A stretch of 64,000 nt of DNA from Gemmata palustris (GTDB taxonomy: Bacteria > Planctomycetota > Planctomycetia > Gemmatales > Gemmataceae). Of this stretch, positions 1-9,250 are shown one piece after another. The position numbers and the translations under genes are program-made. Each line of letters begins with the position of its first letter. The stretch's first letter is position 1. Where the stretch lies: NCBI RefSeq assembly GCF_017939745.1, contig NZ_JAGKQQ010000001.1, positions 6,089,299-6,153,298 on the forward strand. Direction: 5' to 3'. Below the pieces are notes generated by a model. That model worked only from the letters and a program-made list of their open reading frames with translations. It was not told the origin of the DNA and did no database searches.

Positions 1-576
1 TTCGACGGCAAGGACTTCTCGAAGTGGGTGAAGCCGAACGGCAAGGACAAAGTGAAGTGGACGCTCCGCGACGGCGGAATCATGGAGGGCGTGAAGGGGC
101 ACGGCGACATCATCACGAAGGAAACGTTCGGCGGGACGTTCAAGTTACACGTCGAGTTTCGCGTGCCCTACGAGCCGGCCGGCGCGGGCCAGGGGCGGGG
201 AAATTCCGGCGTGTACGTGCAAGGTCGGTACGAGGTCCAGATCCTCGACAGCTACGGGCTGAAGAGCGGAAAGAACGATTGCGGCGCGATTTACGGCGTC
301 GCGGCGCCGACGGAGAATGCGTGCAAGGCGCCGACCGTGTGGCAGACTTACGACATCGAATTTTCGGCGCCGAAAGTCGAAAATGGCAAGAAAACCGAAC
401 CTGCCCGCATGACGGTGTCTCATAACGGAATCAAGATTCACGACAACGCGCCCGTGACGAGCGACAACACAACAGCCGGCCTCGGCGGGGACATCGCCAA
501 GCCCGGGCCGATCATGCTTCAGGACCACGGGCACCCGGTGCAGTTTCGGAACATCTGGCTGCTGCCCATCAAGTGA
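1..576 (+). CDS. DUF1080 / 3-keto-disaccharide hydrolase-like domain protein (5' end outside window)
   Basis: Reading frame is open from base 1, in frame with ORF 28..576. Motifs GNSGVYVQGRYEVQILD, NDCGAIYGVAAP, GPIMLQDHGHPVQFRNIWL fit the DUF1080 jelly-roll family. Confidence 0.7.
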   Translation, partial: FDGKDFSKWVKPNGKDKVKWTLRDGGIMEGVKGHGDIITKETFGGTFKLHVEFRVPYEPAGAGQGRGNSGVYVQGRYEVQILDSYGLKSGKNDCGAIYGVAAPTENACKAPTVWQTYDIEFSAPKVENGKKTEPARMTVSHNGIKIHDNAPVTSDNTTAGLGGDIAKPGPIMLQDHGHPVQFRNIWLLPIK

Positions 577-612
577 CTCGCCCGGACCATAAAAACAAGG
601 ACGACGGATCGC

Positions 613-2247
613 ATGGGAATTAATCCGGTTGAACCCTCCCCGACCGAAAGTGCCCAACCCGCCGCCCGTCTCGAATCCGGTGCCGATCCGACCGCTGTTC
701 CGCCCCCGGACCTCGGAATGCCGACCAGCCCGTATTCGGAGCCGGTCGGTGCGAGCGAGGCCGGTGAAACTGCAGCCGCCGAGTGGCACGCGCTCCCACC
801 CGAATCGGACGCGCCCGGCGCGCCGACGGCAGTTCCGGGTGGGTCGAAAGAACTTCTCAAACTCGCCCTGCCACTGATCGTCAGCCAGAGCTTCATGACG
901 GTGCAGGTGTTCGTGGACACCGTGCTCCTGTCGTGGCACGACCCGCTGGAAATGGCCGCGTCGTTCCCCGCGGTGATGTGGTACTGGCTGTTCTTCGGGC
1001 TGCTGCAGGTTACCGCGAGTTACACATCGACGTTCGTCGCGCAGTACACCGGAGCGAAGCGGCCCCACCGCGTCGGCGCGGCCGTGTGGCAGGGGATTCA
1101 CTTCGCGATCGTCGCGGGAATCCTGTTTTTGGTGGTAGCACCGGCGGCGCCGCTCCTCATCGCCTTCACCGGCCACCCGCCGGAGATCCAGCCGCTGGAA
1201 GCCACTTACCTCAAGTGTTTGGCGTTTGCCGCGCTGCCAATGCTCGTGATGGGTGCCGTCAACGGGTTCTTCTCGGGCCGCGGACAGACGTGGACCGTAC
1301 TGGGAATCGAAGCGTTCGGCACAGCGGTGAACATCGCCCTCGCGCTGGTACTGATCTTCGGCCGATTGGGGTTCCCGGAACTCGGCATCGAGGGCGCGGG
1401 TTGGGCGACGGTTGCGGGGTCGTGGGCCGCGGCGCTATTTGCGCTAGCGCTGATGCTCCGCAAGAAGTACCGCGCCGAGTTCGGTACGCTCAGCGGATGG
1501 AAGCCGGAGCGCGAACTGTTTCGCCGACTGATGGTTTACGGCGGCCCGGCCGGGATGCAGGTATTTTTAGATGTATTGGTGTTCCACTGCTTCACGATAC
1601 TCGTCGGGAACCTCGGCTTCGCGGCGCTCGGGGCGACCACACTCACGATCCGGCTGAACATGATCGCGTTCCTGCCGATGATGGGGATGGGGCAGGCGAT
1701 CTGCATTCTCGTCGGTCAGCGGCTCGGCGGGAACCGGCCGGATCTAGCGGAGAAGAGTACCTATACCGGGCTGAAGTGGGCGTTCGGGTACATGTGTCTC
1801 ATCGCGCTCGCCTACGTCACGATCCCGAGCATTCTGGTCGAGCCGTTCCGACCGGACAAGCCGGAGGAGCAAGAGAAGTTCGCCACGATCGTCGCACTCG
1901 TGCCGACGCTCCTGTTATGCGTCGCGGTGTTCTCCGTGGCGGACGCGATCAACGTGTCGTTCGCGTTCGCGCTCCGCGGCGCCGGGGACACGAAGTACGT
2001 CACCAAGCTGACGTTCGCGCTGGCGTGGCCGCTGATGGTGATCCCCACCGCGATCACGGTGTTCGCGGGCGGGAGCGTGTACTGGTGCTGGGTGTTCGCC
2101 ACGCTGCACATTCTCGGTATGAGCGCGTGCTTCTGGTTCCGGTTCCGTAGCGGGAAGTGGAAGTCGATGCGCGTGATCGAATCGGGCGTGGAAGAAGAAA
2201 AGAGTTTCACCGCAGAGGGCACAGAGGGCGCCGAGAAAGGCAAATAG
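613..2247 (+). CDS. MATE family multidrug/oligosaccharide efflux transporter with Pro/Ala-rich N-terminal extension
   Basis: 544 aa with about 12 hydrophobic segments and a typical MATE/NorM repeat architecture (LALPLIVSQ…; second-half repeat). Confidence 0.8.
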   Translation: MGINPVEPSPTESAQPAARLESGADPTAVPPPDLGMPTSPYSEPVGASEAGETAAAEWHALPPESDAPGAPTAVPGGSKELLKLALPLIVSQSFMTVQVFVDTVLLSWHDPLEMAASFPAVMWYWLFFGLLQVTASYTSTFVAQYTGAKRPHRVGAAVWQGIHFAIVAGILFLVVAPAAPLLIAFTGHPPEIQPLEATYLKCLAFAALPMLVMGAVNGFFSGRGQTWTVLGIEAFGTAVNIALALVLIFGRLGFPELGIEGAGWATVAGSWAAALFALALMLRKKYRAEFGTLSGWKPERELFRRLMVYGGPAGMQVFLDVLVFHCFTILVGNLGFAALGATTLTIRLNMIAFLPMMGMGQAICILVGQRLGGNRPDLAEKSTYTGLKWAFGYMCLIALAYVTIPSILVEPFRPDKPEEQEKFATIVALVPTLLLCVAVFSVADAINVSFAFALRGAGDTKYVTKLTFALAWPLMVIPTAITVFAGGSVYWCWVFATLHILGMSACFWFRFRSGKWKSMRVIESGVEEEKSFTAEGTEGAEKGK

Positions 2248-2312
2248 GAGAGTTTAAAGAGCAGTTCTGGTTCTTCTCTCCGTGCTCTCCGCGCCCTCTG
2301 CGGTGAGCACGC

Positions 2313-3200
2313 TTATTTCTTGTCCTTCAGTAGCTTAAGGTGAACGGCGGCCACGTCCCACATGTAGTGGCTGATTTCGTACTTCTCGACGGCTTCCGTG
2401 AGGTGCTCGCGGCACTTCTTCGCGTCGCCCTCGGACTCGTAGTAGAGGGCGACGTAGAGGTTCGCGTAGAACCGGGCCTCCTTGAGCGGTTCGCCCTTGA
2501 GTTTTTCGTTCTCGGCCGCATCAATCACGTCCTTCGGCTTGATCTTCCCCGCGAACAACTCGAGCACCTGCTTCATCGGCACGCGCGCGTCTTTCGTGAC
2601 CGGGATCAGGTCTTCGCGGGCCTTCTTGGGCGTGTTCGCGCGCGCGTTGCAGAGGTAGTGCCACGCGGAGTTCTCGACGTCCTCGCCGTTCACCGTGCGG
2701 TGCTGCTCGAACTGGTCCACGCCGTCCTTGAAGCGGCCCGCGTAGTAGAGCGCGATCCCGCGGCGCCAGTGGTCCGGGGCGAACTTCGGGTCCGACTTGA
2801 GGTACTCGTCGAAGTCCGAGAGGGCTTCCTTGAAGTTGCCGAGTTTCAGTTGCGCGTCGCCGCGGGAATCGTAGGCGCGCACCGCTTTCGGTTCCAGCGC
2901 GAGGAGCTTCGTCCACTCCTTGACGGCTTCCGCGTTCTGGCGGAGTTGCGTGTGTGCGGTGGCCGCGGCGAACGGTGCCGCGGGGTTCTTCGGGTCCAGT
3001 TCGGATGCCTTCTTCGCCAGCGGAATCACGTCCGCGTATTTCTTCGCCTTCATCGCGGTTTCGATGTCGTCGAGCAGCTTGGTTAACTCTTTTTCTTTCT
3101 TCTCGTCCTTCTTATCTTCGGCGCGCGCGCGCCCGAGCGGGCTCACGCTCGTGGTGAGGCAAGCGCCCGCGACGAACGCGGCAACAACGAACACGCGCAT
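2313..3200 (-). CDS. TPR-repeat secreted/lipoprotein
   Basis: ORF 2313..3443 truncated to the internal Met at 3200 (MRVFVVAAFVAGACLTT = signal/lipobox-like). Rest is TPR-like helical repeats (AYDSRGDAQLKLGNFKEALSDFDEYLK). Confidence 0.6.
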   Translation of the reverse strand: MRVFVVAAFVAGACLTTSVSPLGRARAEDKKDEKKEKELTKLLDDIETAMKAKKYADVIPLAKKASELDPKNPAAPFAAATAHTQLRQNAEAVKEWTKLLALEPKAVRAYDSRGDAQLKLGNFKEALSDFDEYLKSDPKFAPDHWRRGIALYYAGRFKDGVDQFEQHRTVNGEDVENSAWHYLCNARANTPKKAREDLIPVTKDARVPMKQVLELFAGKIKPKDVIDAAENEKLKGEPLKEARFYANLYVALYYESEGDAKKCREHLTEAVEKYEISHYMWDVAAVHLKLLKDKK

Positions 3201-3298
3201 GGGTAGCCCTCGTGAGGAAACAATGGGGATGATCCTATTCCGATGGGCGGTCCTATAACAACTTCCATCTTCCTCATTCGCGCTCGCGGAGGCACACG

Positions 3299-4240
3299 GT
3301 GGCGGAACCCAATAAGAGCCAGCCCGAGGGGCTGGACAAACAGAAGATGAAGCAGATCCTCGTACCGGCGCTCGCGGTGGCGGCGATCGTGATACTTGTG
3401 GGGTTGGTGGTGTACGTCTCGGAAGCCGCGGCCCCGAAGACAATGTCCGACGGCTCGAACGGCTCGGTCGATGACCCCGACCTGAAGGAACTCAGCACGG
3501 GCGTCAAATGCCGCGATTTAAGGTTCGGAACGGGCGAATCGTGCCCGCCCGGTGCGGAGGTGAAGATCCACTACACCGGGTGGGTTCCCGACGGCACCGT
3601 GTTCGACAGTAGTAAGGACCGCGGGCAACCCGCGACTTTCAAGCTCGAGGACCTGATCGTCGGGTGGCAAGAAGGTATTCCGGGCATGAAACCCGGGGGG
3701 GTTCGCAAACTGGTGATCGCGCCGGACAAGGGCTACGGAAAGCGGGGGAAAGGGAAAATTCCGCCCGACAGCACACTCGTATTCGAGATCGAGCTAATTG
3801 AAGCGCACAACCATAACCACTCGGAGGCGCCGAAAGACGTTACGGTCGGCTCCGGCAAACCGATGTCCGACGGGTCCAACGGGGGCACCGAGGATCCCGG
3901 TCTCAAAGACATTGGCAGCGGGCTAAAAATCCGCGACTTGAAGGAGGGTACCGGCGAACCCGTTGCGGAGGGTGCGACGGTGACGATGCACTACACGGGC
4001 TGGTTGGTGAACGGGCACCAGTTCGACAGCAGTAAAACGCGGGGCGTACCGTTCGACGCAGTTCTCCGCCCGGGTACCGAAAAATCGGTAATTAGGGGCT
4101 GGGAGCGCGGAATCCCGGGGATGAAGCCCGGTGGCGTGCGGAAGCTCGTGATACCAGCGGATTTGGCCTACGGTCCCAAAGGTCGATCGGGTATTCCCGG
4201 GGGCGCCACACTCATTTTTGAAGTGGAACTCGTCAAGTGA
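3299..4240 (+). CDS. FKBP-type peptidyl-prolyl cis-trans isomerase, two tandem FKBP domains, N-terminal membrane anchor
   Basis: Two copies of the FKBP signature (…HYTGW…DGTVFDSS…GWQEGIPGMKPGGVRKLVIAPD…YG…G.IPP.STLVFE.EL). Confidence 0.85.
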   Translation: MAEPNKSQPEGLDKQKMKQILVPALAVAAIVILVGLVVYVSEAAAPKTMSDGSNGSVDDPDLKELSTGVKCRDLRFGTGESCPPGAEVKIHYTGWVPDGTVFDSSKDRGQPATFKLEDLIVGWQEGIPGMKPGGVRKLVIAPDKGYGKRGKGKIPPDSTLVFEIELIEAHNHNHSEAPKDVTVGSGKPMSDGSNGGTEDPGLKDIGSGLKIRDLKEGTGEPVAEGATVTMHYTGWLVNGHQFDSSKTRGVPFDAVLRPGTEKSVIRGWERGIPGMKPGGVRKLVIPADLAYGPKGRSGIPGGATLIFEVELVK

Positions 4241-4278
4241 TTCGTTAATCGTCCGTATTCAGTTGTTGTCAAAAACCG

Positions 4279-4318
4279 GGCGGGGACCGTCGCGGTACCG
4301 CCCGGTGTTAACTGACAG
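4279..4318. terminator. bidirectional intrinsic terminator between convergent FKBP and PfkB genes
   Basis: aaaaaCCGGGCGGggaccgtcgcggtaCCGCCCGGtgtt. GC stem flanked by an A-run and a T-run. Confidence 0.5.
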
Positions 4319-4337
4319 CAAACGCGAACCGCCTCCG

Positions 4338-5423
4338 TTAGCGCTGCACCCGAGCCCCGGCGCCGGAGGCGAACGCTTCGACCTCCGCGAGCGTGCCCAT
4401 CGTGGTGTCGCCGTGGTACGTGGTGAGCAGCGCGCCGTGTGCCCAGCCGAGATTGAGCGCCTGCTGGGTGTCGCGCCCGCTGAGGAGCCCGTAAATGGTG
4501 CCGGCCGCGAACCCGTCTCCGCCGCCGATGCGGTCGATCACGTCGAGCTGCGTCGTCGGGCTGACGTACCGCTTCCCGTCGAGCCACAGCACCGCGGCCC
4601 AGTCGTGCCGGTTGGCCGAGTGCGTTTCGCGGAGCGTGGTCGCCACCAGTTTGATGTTCGGGAACTCCTTCACCGTGTTCTCGATCATGCCGAAGAACAC
4701 GTCCGGGTTCAGCTTCGATTCCTCTTTCTTCGTCACTTCGGGGCCTTTGACGCCCAGTCCCTTCTGCATATCCTCTTCGTTCCCGATGAGGCAATCGACG
4801 TTCGCGACGATGCGCCGGAGCGTTTCCACCGCGCGCGTCTCGCCGCCGACCGGCTTCCACAGCTTCCCGCGATAGTTCAGGTCGAACGACACGATCGCGC
4901 CCTGCGCTTTCGCGGCCCTCATGCCCTCAATGATGAGCTCCGGGTTGTTTTCGGACAGCGCCGCGAAGATGCCGCCGGAGTGGAACCAGCGCACGCCGCC
5001 GGCCATGATCTTGGCCCAATCGAAGTCGCCGACCTTGAGGAGCGAAGCGGCTTCGTTGGCGCGATTGTAGAAAACGACCGGGGCGCGGACGCCCTGCCCG
5101 CGGTCGCTGTAGACGGTGGCGATGTTCGGCCCGCGCACGCCGTCGTGCTCGAAGTGCTTGTAGAACGGCGTGACGCCCATTTCGCGCACGCGGGCCTGCA
5201 CCAGGTCGCCGACCGGGTAGTTGACCATCGCGCTCGCGACGCCGGTGCGCAAACCGAAACAGTCGGAGAGGTTCGCGGCGACGTTGTACTCGCCGCCGGA
5301 AACGTGAACGTCGAACCCGCGGGCCTTGCGGAACGGCGTGACACCGGGGTCGAGCCGGTGGACCAGTGCTCCGAGCGAGAGGAAGTCGAGCGCGCAGGTG
5401 TCGGTGCGGATCGGAAGAGGCAT
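4338..5423 (-). CDS. PfkB-family carbohydrate kinase (2-keto-3-deoxygluconate kinase-like)
   Basis: C-terminal DRIGGGDGFAAG anion-hole/ATP motif and N-terminal GG dipeptide region typical of the ribokinase/PfkB family. Confidence 0.8.
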   Translation of the reverse strand: MPLPIRTDTCALDFLSLGALVHRLDPGVTPFRKARGFDVHVSGGEYNVAANLSDCFGLRTGVASAMVNYPVGDLVQARVREMGVTPFYKHFEHDGVRGPNIATVYSDRGQGVRAPVVFYNRANEAASLLKVGDFDWAKIMAGGVRWFHSGGIFAALSENNPELIIEGMRAAKAQGAIVSFDLNYRGKLWKPVGGETRAVETLRRIVANVDCLIGNEEDMQKGLGVKGPEVTKKEESKLNPDVFFGMIENTVKEFPNIKLVATTLRETHSANRHDWAAVLWLDGKRYVSPTTQLDVIDRIGGGDGFAAGTIYGLLSGRDTQQALNLGWAHGALLTTYHGDTTMGTLAEVEAFASGAGARVQR

Positions 5424-5503
5424 GAAGGAACTCCGGGAAGCGTCTTGTGTGGTCTACGCTATCGCCGAAGAAAGGACGGACAAGACGGTGCAAAATGAGG
5501 AAA

Positions 5504-5761
5504 TCAGTACGTCCAGAAGTGCGTGACCCGAACGGTGCCGCCCGCGGTATCAACAGTGAACCGAATCGCACACGGTGAATCATACGCGATCCGGCGCCCG
5601 GCCCCTGAGCGCGACTCGCCGAGATCGTTTGGGTCCGCAGCGAGCTGGTTATTGAACCGAATTACAGCCCGTTCGATCGCGTCGCGCGTTGACGTGTTCG
5701 CTTGAACGAAGGCATCCGCCAGTGCGTCAAGAGCCGAATCGCGCCAGATCACCGCGAACAT
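5504..5761 (-). CDS. type II toxin, RelE/ParE superfamily-like
   Basis: 85 aa starting at internal Met (MFAVIWRDSALDALAD…RFTVDTAGGTVRVTHFWTY). Small size, 13-nt overlap with the upstream 79-aa ORF, and pattern similar to ParE toxins. Confidence 0.45.
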   Translation of the reverse strand: MFAVIWRDSALDALADAFVQANTSTRDAIERAVIRFNNQLAADPNDLGESRSGAGRRIAYDSPCAIRFTVDTAGGTVRVTHFWTY

Positions 5762-5988
5762 CGCAGATCCCTCAATTTCGCCCCGACCTCCGCAGCGGTG
5801 TACCACGTGCCAGTGGTCACGTCCTCGCACTGGCGTAGTTCTTCTTCGGAGATGTGCGGTTCTGCACCGTGCATAGAAGCCGGGGTAAACGTCCCCAAGA
5901 TCCGACCGTCACTCGCGCGGAACTCTACCGGCGCGCTGGCTCGGGCGAGTTCAGTAACGAGGAGCGCGTCGGCGATCGTGATGGACAT
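5749..5988 (-). CDS. putative antitoxin partner of the ParE-like toxin
   Basis: 79-aa ORF immediately upstream of, and overlapping, the toxin-like ORF. No recognisable HTH seen; assignment by context. Confidence 0.35.
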   Translation of the reverse strand: MSITIADALLVTELARASAPVEFRASDGRILGTFTPASMHGAEPHISEEELRQCEDVTTGTWYTAAEVGAKLRDLRCSR

Positions 5989-6084
5989 GGCTATCTCCTT
6001 GCGAATAGCCGAATTATATCACCGAGCCAGCCTCCGAACAATCGATCCGCGCTCTTCGGCGCCGGGCGCGGAACTGCAGCCCGG

Positions 6085-9072
6085 TCACTTTTCCGCGGGT
6101 AATTTCGCGGCCTTTTCCCGCCACGACGCGGCTTGTTTTTCGTCCTTTGCGACCCCGATGCCTTTCTCGTAGCACCGGGCCAGGTTGGTCATACCGTTCT
6201 TGTCCCCGTGGTCCGCGGCTTTGCGGTACAGTCGAACCGCTTCCCCGGCGTCCGCGGGTATACCGCGCCCGTGTTCGTAAATGAGACCGAGGTTGTTCGT
6301 GGCCCCGACGTGCCCCTGGGCGACCGCCTTTTCGTACCACTCGCGCGCCTTCACGTGGTCCGGCTTCCCGTTCCCGTCCTTGTGCTTGCCCGAACTGTAG
6401 AGGACACCGAGGTTGTGGAGGGCCTGCGCGTGCCCCTGGGCCGCGGCCTTCTCGTACCACTCTTGCGCCCTGGCGTGGTCGGGTGTGCCGGTCTTGCTGT
6501 CGTGGCGGCCCGTACCGTACAGGAACCCGAGGTACAACTGGGCGTTAGAATCGCCCTGGGCAGCCGCTTTCTCGAACAGTTCGCGCGCTTTGGTGTAGTC
6601 CTGCGTGACACCCAGGGGCCGGTAGTACAGCAGCGCGAGGTGGTACTGGCCGATGGCGTACCCCTGTTCGGCGGCCTTCTCGTACCACTCGCGCGCCGTC
6701 TTGTAGTTCTGGGTGACGCCGAGTCCGCTTTCGTACAGGACGCCCAAGTTATTTTGAGCACCGGGGTGGTTCTGCGACGCGGCCTTTTCGTACCACTCGC
6801 GGGCCTTGGCGTAGTCGGTCGAGACCCCGAGCCCGTTACCGTACAGGAGCCCAAGATTGTTCTGGGCGTTGGAGTACCCCTGTTCGGCCGATTTCTCGTA
6901 CCACGCGTGGGCCTTCGTGGGGTCTTTCTTGACCCCGCGGCCGTGAGCCAAGCAGTACCCCAATTCGTCCATCCCGATCGCGTTACCGCGGTCGGCGGCT
7001 TTGCGGAACCACGCGACCGCCTCCGGTGGGTTCTTCGTCACCCCGGAACCGGTCGCGTAGCAGTACGCCAGTTCGACCATCGCGGCCGGCCCACCGAGAT
7101 CGGCAGCTTTGCGGAACCACTCGGCGGATTCCGCTGAGTCTTTTGTCACCCCGCGCCCGTCCCGGTAACTGACCCCGAGTAAATACATTGCCATCCGGTC
7201 GTCGAGATCAGCGGCTTTGCGGAACCACGCGACCGCTTCGGTTTCGTCCTTCGGAACGCCCTTACCGTCGCGAAAGCACCCGCCCAACTCGGTCATCGCG
7301 ATCGGCTCACCGGCCTCGGCCGCTTTGCGGTACAGCCGGGCCGCCTTCGATTCGCTCTTGGCCGCGCCGATGCCGTTTTCCAGACAGTTCGCGTACAGGA
7401 CCATGCCGTACACGCAATCGCCTTCGGCCGCTTCGCGCCACGCGCGCCACCGGGTCGGCCCGCGCTCTTTGAAGAACGGGTGGGACGTTTCCCCCCCCGA
7501 GGCACTGAGGTAGTCACTCCAGTCGCGCCGGAGGTCCGCATCGATCGCCGGCTTCGGGTCCGGGGCCGCGGGCGCCGGTTCCGGCTTTTTCGGCTCCGGT
7601 TCTGGGGGTTCCGGCTTCAAAGTCGAAACCGGGCGCGGGTCCGGGGCTTCGGAAATGGGTTCGGGCTTAGTGATAACGAGTGTGGATGCGCCCGGATCTG
7701 TTACGGGCGGTTTCGGTGTCGCGCCGTCGCCGAGCGCGACCGGCGGACCCGAGTCCTTCGTGGGTTCCGGCTTCTGCATCACCAGAAGCGCCACTGCCGC
7801 CCCGCCGACCAGTAGCGCTGCGCCCGACACGAGTAACGCAATTACGGGCAGGCGCTGACGGGCTCGCGGTGCGGGCGCCGCAGTTTTTGGCGCGCGTAAT
7901 TCGCGGACCGAACGGGGGAGCGGGGGCGGGACCGGCCGGTGCTTGGCCGAGGATTGTGGCGACCGGCCCACGGGCACGGTGGGGAGTTCGGGAACCTCGT
8001 CGGCGAGGGGCGGCTCCTCGGTGAGTTCCAGCGCGCCACCCAATCGGGGTTCCGCGCTATCAAAAGCGGCCACCGGGAGCGCGCCGCCCCGCTCACTCGA
8101 GCGCAGGTAGGCCCCGAGTGCGGTCGCGAATTCTTTCGCGGAGCGGTAGCGGTCGGCGGGGTGCTTGGCCAGCGCTTTGAGGCACACGGCATCGAGCGCC
8201 GGGTCGAGGTCCCCAACGACCCGCGACGGGGGCACCGGGGCGGTTTCGCAGTGGTCGCGCATCACCTCCCAGACGGACCCGAAAAAGGGCACGCGCCCGG
8301 CGAGCATCTCGTAGAGGATGACGCCGAGGCTGTACACGTCCGACAGCGGCCCGATCTCGGCCACCAGCCCGCGGGCCTGCTCCGGGGACATGTACGCGGG
8401 CGTTCCCTTGGGCACCCCGTTACTGGCCGCGGACCCCTGATCGACGAGCCGGGCCAGCCCGAAGTCGGCGATCAAAACCTCGCGGTGGGTCTCGTCGAAG
8501 AGCACGTTCGCGGGCTTCAGGTCGCGGTGAACGACCTTCTGTGCGTGCGCCGCGGCCAGCCCCAGTGCGAGCTTCCGCGCGATCGCGAGCGCGTGGCGCG
8601 GGGGCACCGGGGCCGCGCGGCGCTGGAGCAGCCCGGCCAGCGTGCCCGGGACCACGCGCATCACGATGTAGGGCAGCGTGCCGTCGGTGCCGACCTCGTA
8701 GACCGGGCACACGTTGGGGTGGTGGATGATGGCGGCCAGTCGGTTCTCGCGGAGGAACGATTCGCGGAACTCCGGGGTCAGTTCGTCGACCTTCGGAACC
8801 TTGATCGCGACCTCTCGTTCGAGTTCCAGGTCGAACCCCAAGTACACGCGCGCGAACGCGCCCTCGCCGAGCAGCGCGCGGACCTCGAAGCGCCCGATGC
8901 GGACGGGCCGGGTGCCCGGGATCGACCGGGCCGGCGCGCTCGGACCGGTGCGCCCGCCCGTGAGCGTCTCGGGGTCCGGCGCGCGGGGCGGAGTTTTGGG
9001 TACGGCAAAATCGGCCGGGTCGAGTTCGGACATGGTGCTCGGCTCGCGGGGGAACGCGGACACGAATAACAA
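6085..9072 (-). CDS. Hanks-type Ser/Thr protein kinase, TM/Pro-rich linker, C-terminal Sel1 (TPR-like) repeats
   Basis: Kinase subdomains: GEGAFARVYLG, AIKVPK, HRDLKPANVLF, DFGLAR, PAYMSPEQ. C-terminal repeats of the form …GxGVxKDxxxAxxWYxKAAxQG… are Sel1. Confidence 0.85.
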   Translation of the reverse strand: MLFVSAFPREPSTMSELDPADFAVPKTPPRAPDPETLTGGRTGPSAPARSIPGTRPVRIGRFEVRALLGEGAFARVYLGFDLELEREVAIKVPKVDELTPEFRESFLRENRLAAIIHHPNVCPVYEVGTDGTLPYIVMRVVPGTLAGLLQRRAAPVPPRHALAIARKLALGLAAAHAQKVVHRDLKPANVLFDETHREVLIADFGLARLVDQGSAASNGVPKGTPAYMSPEQARGLVAEIGPLSDVYSLGVILYEMLAGRVPFFGSVWEVMRDHCETAPVPPSRVVGDLDPALDAVCLKALAKHPADRYRSAKEFATALGAYLRSSERGGALPVAAFDSAEPRLGGALELTEEPPLADEVPELPTVPVGRSPQSSAKHRPVPPPLPRSVRELRAPKTAAPAPRARQRLPVIALLVSGAALLVGGAAVALLVMQKPEPTKDSGPPVALGDGATPKPPVTDPGASTLVITKPEPISEAPDPRPVSTLKPEPPEPEPKKPEPAPAAPDPKPAIDADLRRDWSDYLSASGGETSHPFFKERGPTRWRAWREAAEGDCVYGMVLYANCLENGIGAAKSESKAARLYRKAAEAGEPIAMTELGGCFRDGKGVPKDETEAVAWFRKAADLDDRMAMYLLGVSYRDGRGVTKDSAESAEWFRKAADLGGPAAMVELAYCYATGSGVTKNPPEAVAWFRKAADRGNAIGMDELGYCLAHGRGVKKDPTKAHAWYEKSAEQGYSNAQNNLGLLYGNGLGVSTDYAKAREWYEKAASQNHPGAQNNLGVLYESGLGVTQNYKTAREWYEKAAEQGYAIGQYHLALLYYRPLGVTQDYTKARELFEKAAAQGDSNAQLYLGFLYGTGRHDSKTGTPDHARAQEWYEKAAAQGHAQALHNLGVLYSSGKHKDGNGKPDHVKAREWYEKAVAQGHVGATNNLGLIYEHGRGIPADAGEAVRLYRKAADHGDKNGMTNLARCYEKGIGVAKDEKQAASWREKAAKLPAEK

Positions 9073-9197
9073 TTATTGTGACCGCGAAACGACACGGTGC
9101 CAAGAGGCGAAGCCCGGGCTTTCGGCGGGCCGCGCTACGGAACAGGAAATGATTCGCGCCGGGAACCCGCAGATTTGATCGGAACGGCACCGTTCCC

Positions 9198-9239
9198 GGA
9201 CAAAAACGACACCGCCCCGGCTCACGTGAGCCGGGGCGG
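9198..9239 (-). terminator. intrinsic terminator downstream of the giant surface-protein gene
   Basis: Perfect palindrome CCGCCCCGGCTCACGTGAGCCGGGGCGG (9212-9239), followed on the minus strand by a GTTTTTG tract. Confidence 0.6.
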
Positions 9240-9250
9240 TGGAACCGAAC

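Noticed and set aside
145-2150. Long overlapping ORFs 145..1176 (-, 343 aa) and 783..2150 (+, 455 aa).
   Set aside because: They are antisense or alternative-frame ORFs inside the well-supported DUF1080 and MATE genes. Such ORFs are typical artefacts in high-GC DNA. The translations are Arg/Gly/Pro-rich and low-complexity.
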